DNA from: Scyliorhinus canicula
Taxonomy: Eukaryota
Direction of reading: 5' to 3'
Length of the DNA stretch: 64,000 nucleotides
Assembly (NCBI RefSeq): GCF_902713615.1
Contig: NC_052146.1
Coordinates: forward strand, 309,644,335-309,708,334
Shown: positions 62,165-64,000 of the stretch, in pieces
Position numbering within the stretch: position 1 is the stretch's first letter
Layout: each line of letters starts with the position of its first letter
Notes under the pieces: generated by a model
Database searches by the model: none
What the model saw: the letters and a program-made list of their open reading frames with translations, nothing else
What the model was told of the DNA's origin: nothing
Translations under genes and position numbers: made by a program

Positions 62165-64000
62165 CTCCCTCCTTGTGATCCTCTCGAGAAATTGTGAAGG
62201 ATCACCTATGTACGGTTCCTTTGTGTTCCTTTGGGTTCCCTGTGTTCTTTTGGGTTCCCTGACCTTAGCGAGTTCCAGGGCGTCTACTCTGTCCTTAACT
62301 ATGGCACAGATTTTTAGCTAACATTTCTCTAATTGGCACTATGTCAAAGGGGACATGCATTACCAATAATCGGAAACCTCTACCTATCGAAACAACTACT
62401 CTCGTCTTACTTTTAAAACATCCTATCACATTCTAAAATCTTACTCATTCATACCACAGTACATCTTGCTTTCTGACTCGGCAGTCGAGCACAGAACAAT
62501 ATAATCCATCCGTAATCCTTTTATTTACAGATCGCATTAAATAAATCTCTTACACATCAAGGGGTTGGGGGGATTGGTGAAAACCGAAAATAGGGGATTG
62601 AACTCCGTAAATAGTTGAGGGGCAAGAGCGGGAGGCTCTCCTTTTCCATTTCCTCAACCTGAGGGTCTGCACTATGATGCAGAGAATTGCAATCACCAAA
62701 AGTGATTCAATTATATACGCCAGCGAGTACCAGGTCATGAATTTGGTGCACCAGGTCTGAACCTCACTGTTCATCGCGGAGCATGGAGAAGTCGGTGTGT
62801 GGGAAACATTAACGGCGGGGGTCATGGGGGAAACATGGTTTGCATCTGCGCGCAACAATACAACAACAATAAATAGAAATATGTAGGCTTCCATCGTGGT
62901 CTTCTTTCTTCTCTTCCTTCTCTGCCTTTTGTATGGTTGATCTTGCTGTGATCCCTCCTTCGACTGTTCGAAAGCTATGGGATCAAGCACAGTATCTGTC
63001 AATACATAGTTTAATATCTGTAATGTTAGTGTATCTGTCCTCTCATTCCAATTGTCCCTGAAATGAATGGCCAAGTCACACCCTGTGACTCCCCTCATTT
63101 TTTTTTTCAAATGCGAATTTAGGACCAGACATACACCTAACAACTTTTCCACTGCGAGCCGTCTCGCAGGCTTTGCGATTTACCATCCGAATGTTCCTGG
63201 ATGTAAATAGCATGTGGGATGGCTGCCGAAGGGCTACCTATAGAAAAATGAAAGCAAAGTTTGGAACAAAAAGGTCGAATGAGTTGCGTGTGGGCCGCTA
63301 CGGGTAAGGTTTGAATGGGATCCCCTGGTAAGGCGTGCTGTGCTGTACCCGAGCTTAGCTGACCAAAAGGGGGGGTCCTCAGACAGGGCGGGTGCTCAAT
63401 GCCGTTTCTCCACTGCCAGAGCAACCTGAAATGAACGGGCAAGAATGTAGTCATAGTGGAATTGCAGCCTCTATTCCCAGAATAGAGGGGCACCTAAAAA
63501 AACAAGGGAGGAGCCAAGATGCTCCAACATCTACAAACAGAAGACAAGTCGTGAACATTGTCGGTTCACCAGAGGATATTTAAATTGAGTGAAGTTCTCA
63601 GAAGTATCTGCGGATTAACTAACGTGCATGTGAGGTGGTCACAAGCTTTTCAGCTGAAAAGGAAGTGGCCAATCTCCAAACAAACATTTTACAAAAACAA
63701 ACTAAACAGACGTGCAGGTTCCATCAGTGGTGGCGTGGGGCTGTGAAAAGCTGTTTAAATTTAAACACTGAACATTTAACAAACACATACAAACAAACAT
63801 GCAACGAATATCGTACAGGTTCCATCAGACAGAAGGATACCGTAAATTACATTTGGCTTGGGGTGTAACTAGCATATGGAGTCAGTGCAGTGTGACCGAA
63901 GAAGAGAGGAAGGAGAGAAACAAAAATGAACTGGCATTGCTGAGGTATCCCTGCCATGAGAAGTGGTGGGTAAGCGCTGATAGTTTGCATGGGGCAGCTG
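62165..64000 (-). mobile_element. Unit 2 of the same element, sharing LTR 61256-62164 and running off the window
   Basis: Repeats 57213-59048 at an offset of 4952 with only scattered substitutions. Includes the 3' end of gag (63847-64000). Confidence 0.93.
62550..62894 (-). CDS. Second copy of the 114-aa membrane protein (identical translation)
   Basis: ORF track 62550-63152. It differs from copy 1 only by one residue (L>F) upstream of the Kozak ATG. Confidence 0.7.
   Translation of the reverse strand: MEAYIFLFIVVVLLRADANHVSPMTPAVNVSHTPTSPCSAMNSEVQTWCTKFMTWYSLAYIIESLLVIAILCIIVQTLRLRKWKRRASRSCPSTIYGVQSPIFGFHQSPQPLDV

Overview
Eukaryotic, repeat-dense genomic DNA from a cartilaginous fish. 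This is inferred from HE1/V-type and Deu-type SINEs and HER1/CR1 LINEs; a catshark is plausible but not provable here. One host gene is visible on the + strand. It is a non-rearranging Ig-superfamily type I membrane receptor with a leader exon (13163-13214), three germline 'VJ-joined' V-domain exons (22490-22840, 25502-25846, 28636-28983), a TM exon (41878-41994, GC donor) and a probable short cytoplasmic exon (42219-42283). All introns are phase 1, and no C domain or RSS was found. The rest is satellites (GC-rich at 1-3572, G-rich at 9398-12628), CR1/L1/L2 fragments, SINEs and several LTR elements: a full Gypsy carrying a Penelope insert with hammerhead ribozyme motifs, a Gmr1-type Gypsy, and solo LTRs. 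From about 48.7 kb there is a multi-layer nest of LTR elements, including a true retroviral pol fragment. The window ends in a tandem, shared-LTR array of a pol-less LTR element. Its only clear cargo is gag plus a 114-aa signal-peptide/single-TM protein in the env position. There is a 500-N assembly gap at 45765-46264.
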